DNA of 52,315 nt from a virus (taxonomy: Duplodnaviria; Caudoviricetes), in the IMG/VR virus record IMGVR_UViG_3300038371_000007, positions 1-52,315 of that record; one strand, written 5' to 3'. How positions within the stretch are numbered: the first letter of the stretch is position 1; every line of letters starts with the position of its first letter. This document shows, in pieces, positions 1-8,478 of this stretch. The notes below the pieces were generated by a model. It saw nothing but the letters and a program-made list of their open reading frames with translations. It was not told the origin of the DNA and ran no database searches. Made by a program: the position numbers and the translations under genes.

Positions 1-2
1 CT

Positions 3-36
3 CCACACACGCATACACACACGCACACGCACGCGA
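3..36. repeat. Short CA/CACG-rich simple repeat at the window start, possibly the genome terminus
   Basis: ccacacacgcatacacacacgcacacgcacgcga; followed by a non-coding promoter-rich leader, as at podovirus left ends. Confidence 0.4.
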
Positions 37-373
37 CTTGCATAAATTCTTCAGGAAGTCAACACATGACTAACATTTATTGCAGAGGGTAGATAGATTT
101 GTTTTGTATATGTTACATCCCCACAACACCAGACAAGCAACGGCAAGGAACACGGGGTGGGTGTATGTCTCTGGTGTTGCTGTAGAAACCTTCCTTCTTT
201 CGTTTGCCGCCTTGGCGGCGTCCTCTCTGGGTAGGTCCCCTTCTGTAGTATAAAAAACGCTTCGCACCCCACGTAGGTGTTGACTTCTGTTGTCGTTTAG
301 GTTAATCGCGCGTCCCGCGTTCTTGTAGCGAGAAAGGGGGATTGAATGTTTCAATCCTGTAACATTTCGTTAC

Positions 374-402
374 TTGCTTTTAGGTTTGGGATAGGCCATA
401 AC
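374..402 (+). promoter_or_regulatory. Putative sigma70-type early promoter P1
   Basis: TTGCTT-17 nt-CATAAC. Confidence 0.45.
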
Positions 403-612
403 TAACCCATCGAAAGACGGTCAACCGGGACCGCCGCAAGGTACTAAACCGGGGTCGGGAGCCGGCCTTACCAGCCCGTGGATAGAGGTGCACCACGTTA
501 AAGGGCCTCCGTTATGCCTAAACCTAGGGCTACACGGTAGAGCGGTTAACACTGCGACATTCGTGGACACATACAGACAGAAGACCAAAGGAACAGAGAA
601 TGAAAAAAGATC

Positions 613-641
613 TTGACCAAATCAGAAAACTAGTCCATTCT
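613..641 (+). promoter_or_regulatory. Putative sigma70-type early promoter P2
   Basis: TTGACC-17 nt-CATTCT with an upstream A-tract (UP-like). Confidence 0.6.
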
Positions 642-757
642 CTGGCTCAGATAACAGGGAATAAGGGAGTCCTAAGGAAGTGATTGACCTATTCATTCTA
701 TGCGTCCTAATCTACCTTGTGTGGCGCTACGTCCTTTAAGCTATCTTAGATTATGCC

Positions 758-786
758 TTGACCTAAGGTATAATGTAGGCTAGCTT
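758..786 (+). promoter_or_regulatory. Putative sigma70-type early promoter P3
   Basis: TTGACC-17 nt-TAGCTT. Confidence 0.5.
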
Positions 787-928
787 AGCCTAAGACATTG
801 CGACGAACTCAACAGAGAGTAGCCTTGTGCCTTGATCCTCTGTTATGCAGACTCCTTTGTCCTGCACGGTGGGATGCCCTGCATCTACATAACGCCGCTA
901 CACCCCAGAGCGTTTAACAAATAAGGGG

Positions 929-957
929 TTGACACAGATAGGGCTTCCCTCTAGGGT
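929..957 (+). promoter_or_regulatory. Putative sigma70-type early promoter P4
   Basis: TTGACA-17 nt-TAGGGT. Confidence 0.6.
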
Positions 958-1044
958 GGTTCACAGGATTAGAAGCCCTCTCGGGGGTGTACATCCTACA
1001 TAGCAAATGAACCGACGTATGAACGGGTGTGTTGCAAAAGGGGC

Positions 1045-1074
1045 TTGACTCACCCCCTGCCTTGTGCTTAAAGT
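1045..1074 (+). promoter_or_regulatory. Putative sigma70-type early promoter P5
   Basis: TTGACT-18 nt-TAAAGT. Confidence 0.55.
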
Positions 1075-1148
1075 GAGTTACGAAATTTAGTCCAGCCATT
1101 AGATTGGCAACGAAAGTTGGGATAGTAGTAGCAGAAGAACTGCGCGCT

Positions 1149-1770
1149 GTCTGCATCAGCTAAGGGGCTGTACATAGTCGTCGTCTTTAGGCGTCGTGCA
1201 TCTTTACTAGGTAGGGTGTGCGTAAAAGGATCGGCTTGTATAGCTACGCTATGTAGGTGGTAATCGAATGCCCCAGACTACACGGCGATGTGTAGGTAGT
1301 GGACGTGCGACCACGATAGGCGCATAACAAATGTATGCGGGGCTAGGACCAGTTTGCCCTTGTGCTGTAGAATGCACATAATGACGGCGGTGTAACTCCG
1401 CAAACGGCTGACCTTTACTGCGATGCCGTGCAGCCTTGCCCTGTTACAGGGGGTTGTGTGAGCTGGCGCTAGGCTATCCTAGTTGTCGCCCGAGATGTGT
1501 TAGCTCACTCAATGTTGTGTTCCTCTCGTATGTGAGGTTGATATTCATATACACGAGATAGTAAGCTGCGACGGTGGCTTACTGGGGTGCAGATAATAAT
1601 CGGTGACTGCTGGGCCGATAGTCTGACACTGTAATCGTGGTGATACTTGGTCGGTTGTAGAAATACACAGGCTGGGTCCGAAACATAACCTAAGTAGGTA
1701 CGGTGGTACTATCCTGTCTTTGCTGACCGGCACATGGGATAGTTGAGGGTAATCAGTAAGTCCCTCCCCC
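1149..1770 (+). ncRNA. Candidate large structured non-coding RNA, family unidentified
   Basis: No + strand ORF of 60 aa or more. Long-range stem TCTGCATC(1150-1157)/GGTGCAGA(1586-1593) encloses many hairpins with G-U pairs and a GCGA tetraloop. Confidence 0.55.
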
Positions 1771-1846
1771 ACTCTTATGTATATGAATGTTAACCTGTGA
1801 AAATGTTATGCGATGGCCGCTGTGCCATCTAACAGGAGAAAATAAT

Positions 1847-2053
1847 ATGCAGTATTTGAAAGAAATGCCATGTGGCAACCGCAAGCGTGTTAGTCAATCA
1901 ACGTGGATGCTTGACCGTTATATGTCAGGCTACACACAAATCATCGCCACCAGTGCGCTGACGATCTATAAGATGGGTGACACTGCGTCTGTCTCTCGTC
2001 CTCTGAAGTATGGTGGACGTGCTCAGCCCGGCTATCATTGGAATGGTGCGTGA
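1847..2053 (+). CDS. Hypothetical early protein (68 aa)
   Basis: AGGAG RBS before ATG 1847. Confidence 0.6.
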   Translation: MQYLKEMPCGNRKRVSQSTWMLDRYMSGYTQIIATSALTIYKMGDTASVSRPLKYGGRAQPGYHWNGA

Positions 2054-2054
2054 T

Positions 2055-2219
2055 ATGTGGGCCGTGTATCTTATTGACGAGTGTTTCTATCCAACACGTT
2101 CCTACAGGACCTACTACCCCAACTTGCCCGTGGGGTTGGTTGGGTATGATGAGAATGAAAAATACCATGCTTCTGAATGTCAGTGGCATGTCCCAACCAC
2201 TGCTCTCTGCCCTTGGTGA
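2055..2219 (+). CDS. Hypothetical early protein (54 aa)
   Basis: ATG immediately after the previous stop. Confidence 0.4.
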   Translation: MWAVYLIDECFYPTRSYRTYYPNLPVGLVGYDENEKYHASECQWHVPTTALCPW

Positions 2220-2286
2220 GTCATCTAGTCTGCTACCCTATATGGGTAGTGGCGTAGACTACTCACTTAACCGAAAGGACAATATA

Positions 2287-2871
2287 ATGTCTCACCCACT
2301 GCACAACACCGTCTATGCACGTCTCGACGCCATTGCCAATGCGGAGAAAATCACTCGTGCTGAACTGGCCGCCCTCTCTCGTGAGGCTCTGTCCTATGTG
2401 ATGGACACTCACGACATTGATTTGGTCAATCGTCTCATCGGCGTGCTGACTCCGGTCAACCGCAAGGTTGCCATCCTTTTCTTCACCCACTTCCTGCCGT
2501 GGTCTGTTGAGAAACAAGACGACAAGTTCTCTCGCTTTGGCAAGATGAGCGACAAGACCAAGCAAGTGAAGAAAGCAACAGAATCCATTGCCGACTTCCT
2601 GTCTGATGAGAGCAACACCATCTGGACGTGGGCCGATGACCACATCGAGGTGGAGCAGAAGGCCATTGACCTCGGCGGTCGCCTTGAGAAGGCCCTTGAC
2701 GACGCCATCAATGGGGTTGACACGGACAAACAACACGGCGACGCTGTGTCCAAGGCTGACATCCTCAAGCTGGTGATGAAACACATTACCTCCGAGGAGA
2801 TGATGGACACGCTGGCCTCCCTGGAAACTGAGGCCGAAGAGCAGGTTCAGTCTGTGATGGCCGACGCCTAA
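2287..2871 (+). CDS. Hypothetical early protein (194 aa)
   Basis: AAAGGA RBS before ATG 2287; strongly biased codon usage. Confidence 0.85.
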   Translation: MSHPLHNTVYARLDAIANAEKITRAELAALSREALSYVMDTHDIDLVNRLIGVLTPVNRKVAILFFTHFLPWSVEKQDDKFSRFGKMSDKTKQVKKATESIADFLSDESNTIWTWADDHIEVEQKAIDLGGRLEKALDDAINGVDTDKQHGDAVSKADILKLVMKHITSEEMMDTLASLETEAEEQVQSVMADA

Positions 2872-2927
2872 TCAATCCTCCCTGACCTAGGCATGTCTCT
2901 AAACTGCCTACACCTAACACATTTGCT

Positions 2928-3005
2928 GGCCCCGTAGCTCAGCTGGATTAGAGCCGGGAACTTCTAATTCTCAGGTCGCAGGTTCGAGTCCTGCCGGGGT
3001 CGCCA
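2928..3005 (+). tRNA. tRNA-Arg, anticodon TCT (reads AGA)
   Basis: GGCCCCG/CGGGGTC acceptor stem, TAGCTCAGCTGGATTAGAGC D arm, CTTCTAA anticodon loop, GGTTCGAGTCC T arm, encoded CCA. Confidence 0.97.
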
Positions 3006-3030
3006 TGTGTGTTAGCAAAGGAGAAGCACA

Positions 3031-3204
3031 ATGAACACCCGTCTTGAATCTTATGGCATCATCGGAACCAACGGCGCAATTGAGGGCGTCACCCTGTCCA
3101 TTGGTGTGCCTGCTCACTCCGATGAGAAGAAGTCAAAGGACGCAGCCAGCCGCAAGGTGGCACGTCAGGGGGCGACTGAGGTACGTCTGTTCCCCAAGGC
3201 ATGA
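3031..3204 (+). CDS. Small hypothetical protein (57 aa, MNTRLESYGIIG...)
   Basis: AAGGAG RBS; read by hand, below the ORF-track cutoff. Confidence 0.7.
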   Translation: MNTRLESYGIIGTNGAIEGVTLSIGVPAHSDEKKSKDAASRKVARQGATEVRLFPKA

Positions 3205-3359
3205 AGCGTTGGGAAGTCTTACTCACTGCCAATGACAGGACAGTGTTTGAAGTTCCCCTATCAACCACAAGATTTGGAGAGAGCGAGCAAGAGGTTCGCT
3301 CTCACTTCACAACCTTAGGCTACAGGGTAGCCAGTGTAACAGAGGTAAGTTTGAAATGA
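3201..3359 (+). CDS. Small hypothetical protein (52 aa, MKRWEVLLTAND...)
   Basis: ATGA overlaps with both neighbouring genes. Confidence 0.65.
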   Translation: MKRWEVLLTANDRTVFEVPLSTTRFGESEQEVRSHFTTLGYRVASVTEVSLK

Positions 3360-3784
3360 AAAAGTTTCTGAAGTCCGTCGTCGTCGCCATGTCCATGGGG
3401 CTGGCAAGCACAGCAAGTGCTGGCATTTTCTCCGATGATGCGGAGGTTGCATCCCGTAACCTGAGCAAGGCGGCAGACAACTTTGAGATTCTCCGTCGTG
3501 TTGTGTTCATGAATGGCATCACCGACCGCTACATGCTGGAGATCATCGGCCTGTGCTCCATCGTGGATCAGCACAACCAGCTTGAGGTGACGTGCAAGAC
3601 GGACGAGGGTTTCAAGAAACACTTCCTCGGCCTGTCTGATAATGTCACCTACTTCGTGGAGCAGATTGCCGTGGCTGATGTGAGCGTCAATCACTACCGC
3701 GTGACGTTCAAGCCTCAGGCTCTCATCCCTGACTTCGATCTGCGTGGTGACTGGTCCGACCTGTTCACAAACACAGCCAAGTGA
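3356..3784 (+). CDS. Conserved secreted phage protein with signal peptide
   Basis: Signal peptide ending ASA; motifs SRNLSKAADNFE, VFMNGIT and KKHFLGLSDNVTYFVEQ recognised from a widespread phage family. Confidence 0.8.
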   Translation: MKKFLKSVVVAMSMGLASTASAGIFSDDAEVASRNLSKAADNFEILRRVVFMNGITDRYMLEIIGLCSIVDQHNQLEVTCKTDEGFKKHFLGLSDNVTYFVEQIAVADVSVNHYRVTFKPQALIPDFDLRGDWSDLFTNTAK

Positions 3785-3791
3785 GGCGGGT

Positions 3792-4031
3792 ATGACACTG
3801 ATAGACTGGGTGCACAACCTGTTCTACATTCAGGTGGTTAATGCATTGCTCCTCATCGTTGGGGCAGTGCTTCTGCTCTTGGTGTGCCTACTCATTGGTG
3901 TCATCCAAGACAACATGATGCGTTGCAATGAGTGCGGCGTGTCTCCTCGTATGGACCCTTGGAATATGTGCAAGGGCTGTCATGACGATTGGCGTCAAGA
4001 AATGGAAATGAAAAGGAAACACAATGGTTAA
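3792..4031 (+). CDS. Small membrane protein with two CxxC motifs
   Basis: Hydrophobic helix followed by CNEC...CKGC; GAGG RBS. Confidence 0.6.
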   Translation: MTLIDWVHNLFYIQVVNALLLIVGAVLLLLVCLLIGVIQDNMMRCNECGVSPRMDPWNMCKGCHDDWRQEMEMKRKHNG

Positions 4032-4263
4032 AATGTTCAAAGGCGAGAAGAAGAAAAAGCGCTTCGTTGACCTGCAAGAGATCGACGGCAGGGCTACGCT
4101 CGTCATCGTTGACGAAGCCGGTACGAAAGTTCGCGGCGGGAATCTCGCCACTTTCGATGCTGACGGCAGCCTCAGGCTCTGGGGTCTTGTGTCTGATGAA
4201 GACGCAGAAATTGCCGGGGTGAAGTTGAATTCGACTGGAAGGCTCTCAATCTGTAACACATAA
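4024..4263 (+). CDS. Hypothetical protein
   Basis: AAGGA RBS, operon packing. Confidence 0.7.
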   Translation: MVKMFKGEKKKKRFVDLQEIDGRATLVIVDEAGTKVRGGNLATFDADGSLRLWGLVSDEDAEIAGVKLNSTGRLSICNT

Positions 4264-4272
4264 GGAAAGCAC

Positions 4273-4770
4273 ATGAACATATTTGCCTATGACCCGTGCT
4301 ATGTACAGTCAGCCACTTGGCTTGATGATGTGAGATCGAACAAGATGATTGTGGAGAGCTCACAGCTCATGTCCACTGCCATGCATGTTCTTACTCCGGG
4401 TCATGGCAAACGTGTTTATAAGCTGTCCTTTCTCAACCATCCCTGTGCTATCTGGGCACGTGCTAGTCAGGCTAACTTCACTTGGCTACTCAACTACACA
4501 GAGACGCTGTATGAGCAGCGTAAGCGGGCACACAAGACGTCTCGGTTGTTCCCTATCTTTCGTACCTTTGCGAATGACAGGTCCAACTTCCCACTCACAC
4601 GACAGACACCGTTCGTCAACTGTGCCCGCTCCAAAGACGTAGGTGTTGACTACACCCACATTCGTAACGTCCATGCAGCCTATCGTCTCTACCATCGTGA
4701 GCGTTGGTCTATGGACACAATTAATCTTTCTTGGCATCACGGCCAAGAACCTACATGGAGGCATGCATGA
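4273..4770 (+). CDS. Pyrimidine dimer DNA glycosylase (DenV/endonuclease V)-like family protein
   Basis: MNIF...KMIVESSQLMSTA...NHPCAIWAR...NFTWL pattern. Confidence 0.7.
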   Translation: MNIFAYDPCYVQSATWLDDVRSNKMIVESSQLMSTAMHVLTPGHGKRVYKLSFLNHPCAIWARASQANFTWLLNYTETLYEQRKRAHKTSRLFPIFRTFANDRSNFPLTRQTPFVNCARSKDVGVDYTHIRNVHAAYRLYHRERWSMDTINLSWHHGQEPTWRHA

Positions 4771-5333
4771 CCGAACTCAAGACAATGAAGGAGTGGAACC
4801 CTCAGAAGGGGGATGTGTTCCGCCACCATTTCAGTAATGGTAAAGTAGGTGGGGAAAGGGCATTCGATAAATGGTCGAACCCGGAAGCCGGTTCGTGGCT
4901 TGCAGGAGGTTTTGATTATTCTCTCGCCAACGGCCATGGGGGTGGCTACGGCAGTTGGGAACTCGTCCGTCGTGCTGGACCTACTATCACACTCAACAAG
5001 GAATGGGCCTATCGCCACACTCCGACCAAACCTGTCCGCATTTTGTGCGTAGATGGGAACGACAAGGGCAAGCCTGTTGTTTCTATGGGGCCTGAGGGAA
5101 ACCTGAGTGCCCATGACAGCCACGGAGCGTTCCTCTCAGGGGGTGGAGAGTCTGGCTTTGACCTCGTACCCTTGAAGAAATCTTTCGGCCCTGTGTGGGC
5201 TATTTTCGACAGGGGTGGCTGGCTTGTGGACGTGAGGACTCAAGAGACAACCGCGCAAGACCAACATAATGAGTTCAACGAGAGGGGAACACACCCACCA
5301 TACACCTTGGTGAAACTGGTTGAGGAGAAGTGA
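4767..5333 (+). CDS. Hypothetical protein; C-terminal half paralogous to the next gene
   Basis: GGAGG RBS; shares W...VR(I/V)LCVDG...PV...DLVPL...VW...PY with the next gene. Confidence 0.8.
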   Translation: MTELKTMKEWNPQKGDVFRHHFSNGKVGGERAFDKWSNPEAGSWLAGGFDYSLANGHGGGYGSWELVRRAGPTITLNKEWAYRHTPTKPVRILCVDGNDKGKPVVSMGPEGNLSAHDSHGAFLSGGGESGFDLVPLKKSFGPVWAIFDRGGWLVDVRTQETTAQDQHNEFNERGTHPPYTLVKLVEEK

Positions 5334-5334
5334 A

Positions 5335-5697
5335 ATGAAAATCACAATGGATAAGAAGTGGGCACAACGGAAAGACCCAACGAAAGAAGTTCGTGTCCTG
5401 TGTGTGGACGGTGGGAATAAAGATTTCCCGGTGATCTATCTTGATAAATTTGGGGATGCGAACAGCGCAACCATCAATGGGTACTTTTACTACGAAGAGG
5501 GGGAAGATGGGGAGGACCTCGTGCCTCTTCAGGAGAAGGTTGCTGATGTGTGGGTTGTTGTTCGTAGAGACAGAACTACCCACCACGGAGCTTTCTTCAC
5601 AGAGGCTGACGCAGACAGGTGGATTGACGAACACGGGCTGACTTGTCATAAGCCCTACCGTGTCGTTCGTATGACTCAGGCTGAGGAGAAAAGCTGA
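5335..5697 (+). CDS. Hypothetical protein, paralog of the previous gene's C-terminal domain
   Basis: Same shared motifs; operon packing. Confidence 0.8.
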   Translation: MKITMDKKWAQRKDPTKEVRVLCVDGGNKDFPVIYLDKFGDANSATINGYFYYEEGEDGEDLVPLQEKVADVWVVVRRDRTTHHGAFFTEADADRWIDEHGLTCHKPYRVVRMTQAEEKS

Positions 5698-6131
5698 TGC
5701 CAACGATTAAGGAAATCTATGATTGCCCCTCCGTTAAAGCCCTTGACGGGTGGGACATAGCCGACGCCTTGTATCGGATCGCTCATGACAACTCGGCGCG
5801 GTCAAACCTCATGTTTAGCGATCTGGTTGATGCATACGAAGGGGTGGGGGTCACAGGGGAGAGAAAGGTAGACGTGAGCTACGACTGTGAACGCGGGGCG
5901 GTGACAGATGTCCTGCTCTACTTCGGAGTCCCCTTTGCTGTAGTCTCTCGGGCAGGTCGTGGTTGCACTGACACTGTATCAACATACGTAACCAACTCCC
6001 TTGTCGCACAAAAGATCATCATGGATATGGCAGACTTTAAGGTTCAAGAAGTTGGTGCAGATGAGGACGCCGTCCTTGAATACTGGGAAGGAACGCCGGT
6101 CACACTAGGCCAAACTGGGTGGGTAAGCTGA
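5697..6131 (+). CDS. Hypothetical protein
   Basis: TGATG coupling at both ends. Confidence 0.75.
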   Translation: MPTIKEIYDCPSVKALDGWDIADALYRIAHDNSARSNLMFSDLVDAYEGVGVTGERKVDVSYDCERGAVTDVLLYFGVPFAVVSRAGRGCTDTVSTYVTNSLVAQKIIMDMADFKVQEVGADEDAVLEYWEGTPVTLGQTGWVS

Positions 6132-6493
6132 TGAATGATTTGTCTTGGTTTCTGTATCTGGCAGATGTGTTGCCCCGTGTTGGCAGCTTTGCGGGGGGCC
6201 TCTCCGGTTTTCTGGTTGTAGTTACAGTTGGAACTTTGTTCATGGTTGCCATGGTTAACGCCGAACCGAGTTTCAAGAAGCTTGGCTATCCTTGGAAAAC
6301 CATTGTTGTCGCCTTGGTATCAGCTTTAATCTTTGGTGTTTCATCCGCTCTCATCCCCTCGAAAGAAACGATCTACCTCATCGCTGGCAGTGAAGCAGGT
6401 GAAGCTGTTGTCACCAGCGAAGCGGGTCAAGAAATCCTTGATGATATTCATCAGGTGATTAAACATCAACTCAATTCCCTGAAGGGAGAATGA
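6131..6493 (+). CDS. Membrane protein
   Basis: Two hydrophobic helices; LIPSKETIYLIAGSE motif. Confidence 0.75.
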   Translation: MNDLSWFLYLADVLPRVGSFAGGLSGFLVVVTVGTLFMVAMVNAEPSFKKLGYPWKTIVVALVSALIFGVSSALIPSKETIYLIAGSEAGEAVVTSEAGQEILDDIHQVIKHQLNSLKGE

Positions 6494-6494
6494 A

Positions 6495-6809
6495 ATGAAA
6501 CTGAAGAATGCTCTGGCCTTCGTTGGCCTGTCCCTCGCAGCCTCTTGTGTCACCACCCCATTGGTGGCACAGTCCATCTACTGCAACCCAGCAGAGGTGG
6601 TGAGCGAAAGACTTGAGTCTGAGTACGGGGAGCTGCCTGTGTCTGTGGGTCTGGACAAGAACGAGAATATTTCTCGGATGTACGTCAATGAGACGACAGG
6701 GACGTGGAGTTATGTCCGGACTCTCCCCAATGGAATCTCCTGTCTTCTGGACTCGGGCACCCACTTCAGTTGGTGGGCATCCGATGACTCCTCGGGTGAT
6801 GGTATATAA
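6495..6809 (+). CDS. Putative secreted protein
   Basis: N-terminal hydrophobic signal; GGAG RBS. Confidence 0.7.
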   Translation: MKLKNALAFVGLSLAASCVTTPLVAQSIYCNPAEVVSERLESEYGELPVSVGLDKNENISRMYVNETTGTWSYVRTLPNGISCLLDSGTHFSWWASDDSSGDGI

Positions 6810-6894
6810 CTACCCGCGCGCGAGGAGTACCTCCTTAGTATGCATTAGGATTACATTGAGTATGAACTCCGTTCTTCTTCTACTTCCGTAGCCC

Positions 6895-7045
6895 TTCAAT
6901 GTACTACTAATAACTACTACTTTTTTAACCCCCCTATATATATATACGTAAAAAATAGGGGATTTGTCACAAAACTAGTGTAACTTTTTTCACCTCAAAC
7001 AGCTAAGTGTTTGATTCTAAACGAAAGAAATTTTCACTATTTTTG
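6895..7045. promoter_or_regulatory. AT-rich intergenic element with an IHF consensus site (candidate origin or promoter region)
   Basis: TA repeat, A/T tracts; 7004-7016 reads AATCAAACACTTA on the - strand, an exact WATCAANNNNTTR match. Confidence 0.45.
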
Positions 7046-7072
7046 TGGTGTTCACTGAACGAAGGAGAGAAC

Positions 7073-7453
7073 ATGGCTAGTGTATGGGAACATGGAGGTG
7101 AGTGTTGTGGTCGTTACCACCTCCAAGGATTCGAGCATTATAGCATCAACTACAACAGGTTCGATGAGGCTATCAACCAGCTGATGAACGAAGCCTTTGT
7201 AGATGCTTCGGAGGAAGCTATTGAAGACGACAAGGGAGATGTCCATAACTTCTGTGGTGAGATCACCTTGACCCACTACCAGATCACTCGTGAGGTTACT
7301 TACAAGGGCAAGAAGATGCCCATGCATGAAGCCCTCGCAAAGATGAAATGGAAAAGGGTGTATGCTTTCATCAACCCCAACACCTACAACAAGGTGTACG
7401 TCTTGATGAAAGCAGGGACCAAAGCATCGACAGACATCAAGGATGAACGATGA
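7073..7453 (+). CDS. Hypothetical protein, first gene of the amidoligase cluster (possible degenerate GNAT-like fold)
   Basis: AAGGAG RBS; weak similarity to 8903-9328. Confidence 0.75.
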   Translation: MASVWEHGGECCGRYHLQGFEHYSINYNRFDEAINQLMNEAFVDASEEAIEDDKGDVHNFCGEITLTHYQITREVTYKGKKMPMHEALAKMKWKRVYAFINPNTYNKVYVLMKAGTKASTDIKDER

Positions 7454-8058
7454 AACAGAAAGTTTATGTTGAGAACTCAGAGGAACCAATCATCGACATG
7501 TTCGTTGACTGGGGCTACGAGGTGGTCAGTGACTACAAGGATGCACACCTCATCGTTCTTGGGGGTGGCACAGATGTGAACCCCATGTTCTATGGTGAAG
7601 TCATTGAGCAGTTCACTGACCAGCCAGATCACAAGCGTGATGCTTTCTGTGCCATGCTGTACAACCACGCTCGTGCAAAGGACAAACCCATCGTCGGTAT
7701 CTGTCGTGGGGCACAGTTCATCACTGCCATGCAGGGGGGTCGTTTGATTCAGCACATCACCGACCACCAAGACTACATGCACAGGGTCATGTTCGACAAG
7801 ACCCTCGCAGAGGACGAGACAGAGCCACAGAGCGGCGTAATGGAAGTGACGTCCTCCCACCACCAAGTGATGATTCCCGGCCCTGACGTGGCCGTTCTGG
7901 CCCGCTCTGACGAAGGCTACGCAGAGATCACCCTGTTCGGCAGGTCGGATTCCTTTCAGGTGGATGAGCTGGCAGTGCAAGGACACCCCGAGTGGGTGGA
8001 TAAGGACCACGAATTCCAGCAGTGGTTCATGAAATTCATTGGCCGTTGGGTCACGTAA
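7450..8058 (+). CDS. Class I glutamine amidotransferase / gamma-glutamyl hydrolase (peptidase C26-like)
   Basis: GGGTDV, GICRGAQ (catalytic Cys), SSHHQ, QGHPE (His-x-Glu). Confidence 0.92.
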   Translation: MKQKVYVENSEEPIIDMFVDWGYEVVSDYKDAHLIVLGGGTDVNPMFYGEVIEQFTDQPDHKRDAFCAMLYNHARAKDKPIVGICRGAQFITAMQGGRLIQHITDHQDYMHRVMFDKTLAEDETEPQSGVMEVTSSHHQVMIPGPDVAVLARSDEGYAEITLFGRSDSFQVDELAVQGHPEWVDKDHEFQQWFMKFIGRWVT

Positions 8059-8070
8059 GGAGAAACTGAA

Positions 8071-8289
8071 ATGATTGAACGTTACCTTGAATGGTGCCAC
8101 TCCCTTGAGCCGGGTTGGCTGGGGTACGCTCTCATATTTGTAGCTGGCTATGCAGCGGCAGTTACCTTTGTAGCTGTGGCAACTTTCGTAGTAGTTGTTA
8201 CAAACGGGTGGGCACTACTAGCCATCCCAGCAGGTATTGTCTACCTGTTCTACCTCGCCATCTTCTGCCAAGGAGGGGGCAATGGATAA
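8071..8289 (+). CDS. Small membrane protein
   Basis: Two hydrophobic segments; AAGGAG RBS. Confidence 0.7.
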   Translation: MIERYLEWCHSLEPGWLGYALIFVAGYAAAVTFVAVATFVVVVTNGWALLAIPAGIVYLFYLAIFCQGGGNG

Positions 8290-8473
8290 CTCAAACAAAA
8301 GTTCTGGGGGTGTGGGTTTCGTAGGACTTCTCACTCTCCTGTTCATCGGCCTGAAACTCACAGGGTATGTGACTTGGTCGTGGTTGTGGGTGCTGTCCCC
8401 CATGTGGATCTCCCTGTTGGCAGTTGTGTTGGCCGCACTCTTCACACTCCTGCTGCTGGTACTTAAGGATTAA
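8282..8473 (+). CDS. Small conserved two-helix membrane protein
   Basis: GGVGFVGLLTLLFIGLKLTGYVTWSWLWVLSPMWI motif, common in phages. Confidence 0.8.
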   Translation: MDNSNKSSGGVGFVGLLTLLFIGLKLTGYVTWSWLWVLSPMWISLLAVVLAALFTLLLLVLKD

Positions 8474-8478
8474 TCGCT

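Noticed and set aside
425-560. Twister-ribozyme-like words (GTAGAGCG, TAACACTGC, CCGCAAG)
   Set aside because: I could not assemble the required loop sequence and both pseudoknots consistently.
1164-1280. tmRNA- or tRNA-like start (GGGGCTG...)
   Set aside because: No canonical T arm with a CCA end and no tag reading frame found.
51-1772. Short minus-strand ORFs in the leader region
   Set aside because: They run against the promoter array and have no recognisable motifs.
3356-3784. Recombination directionality factor / temperate lifestyle
   Set aside because: The protein has a signal peptide, and no integrase or repressor is present in the window.
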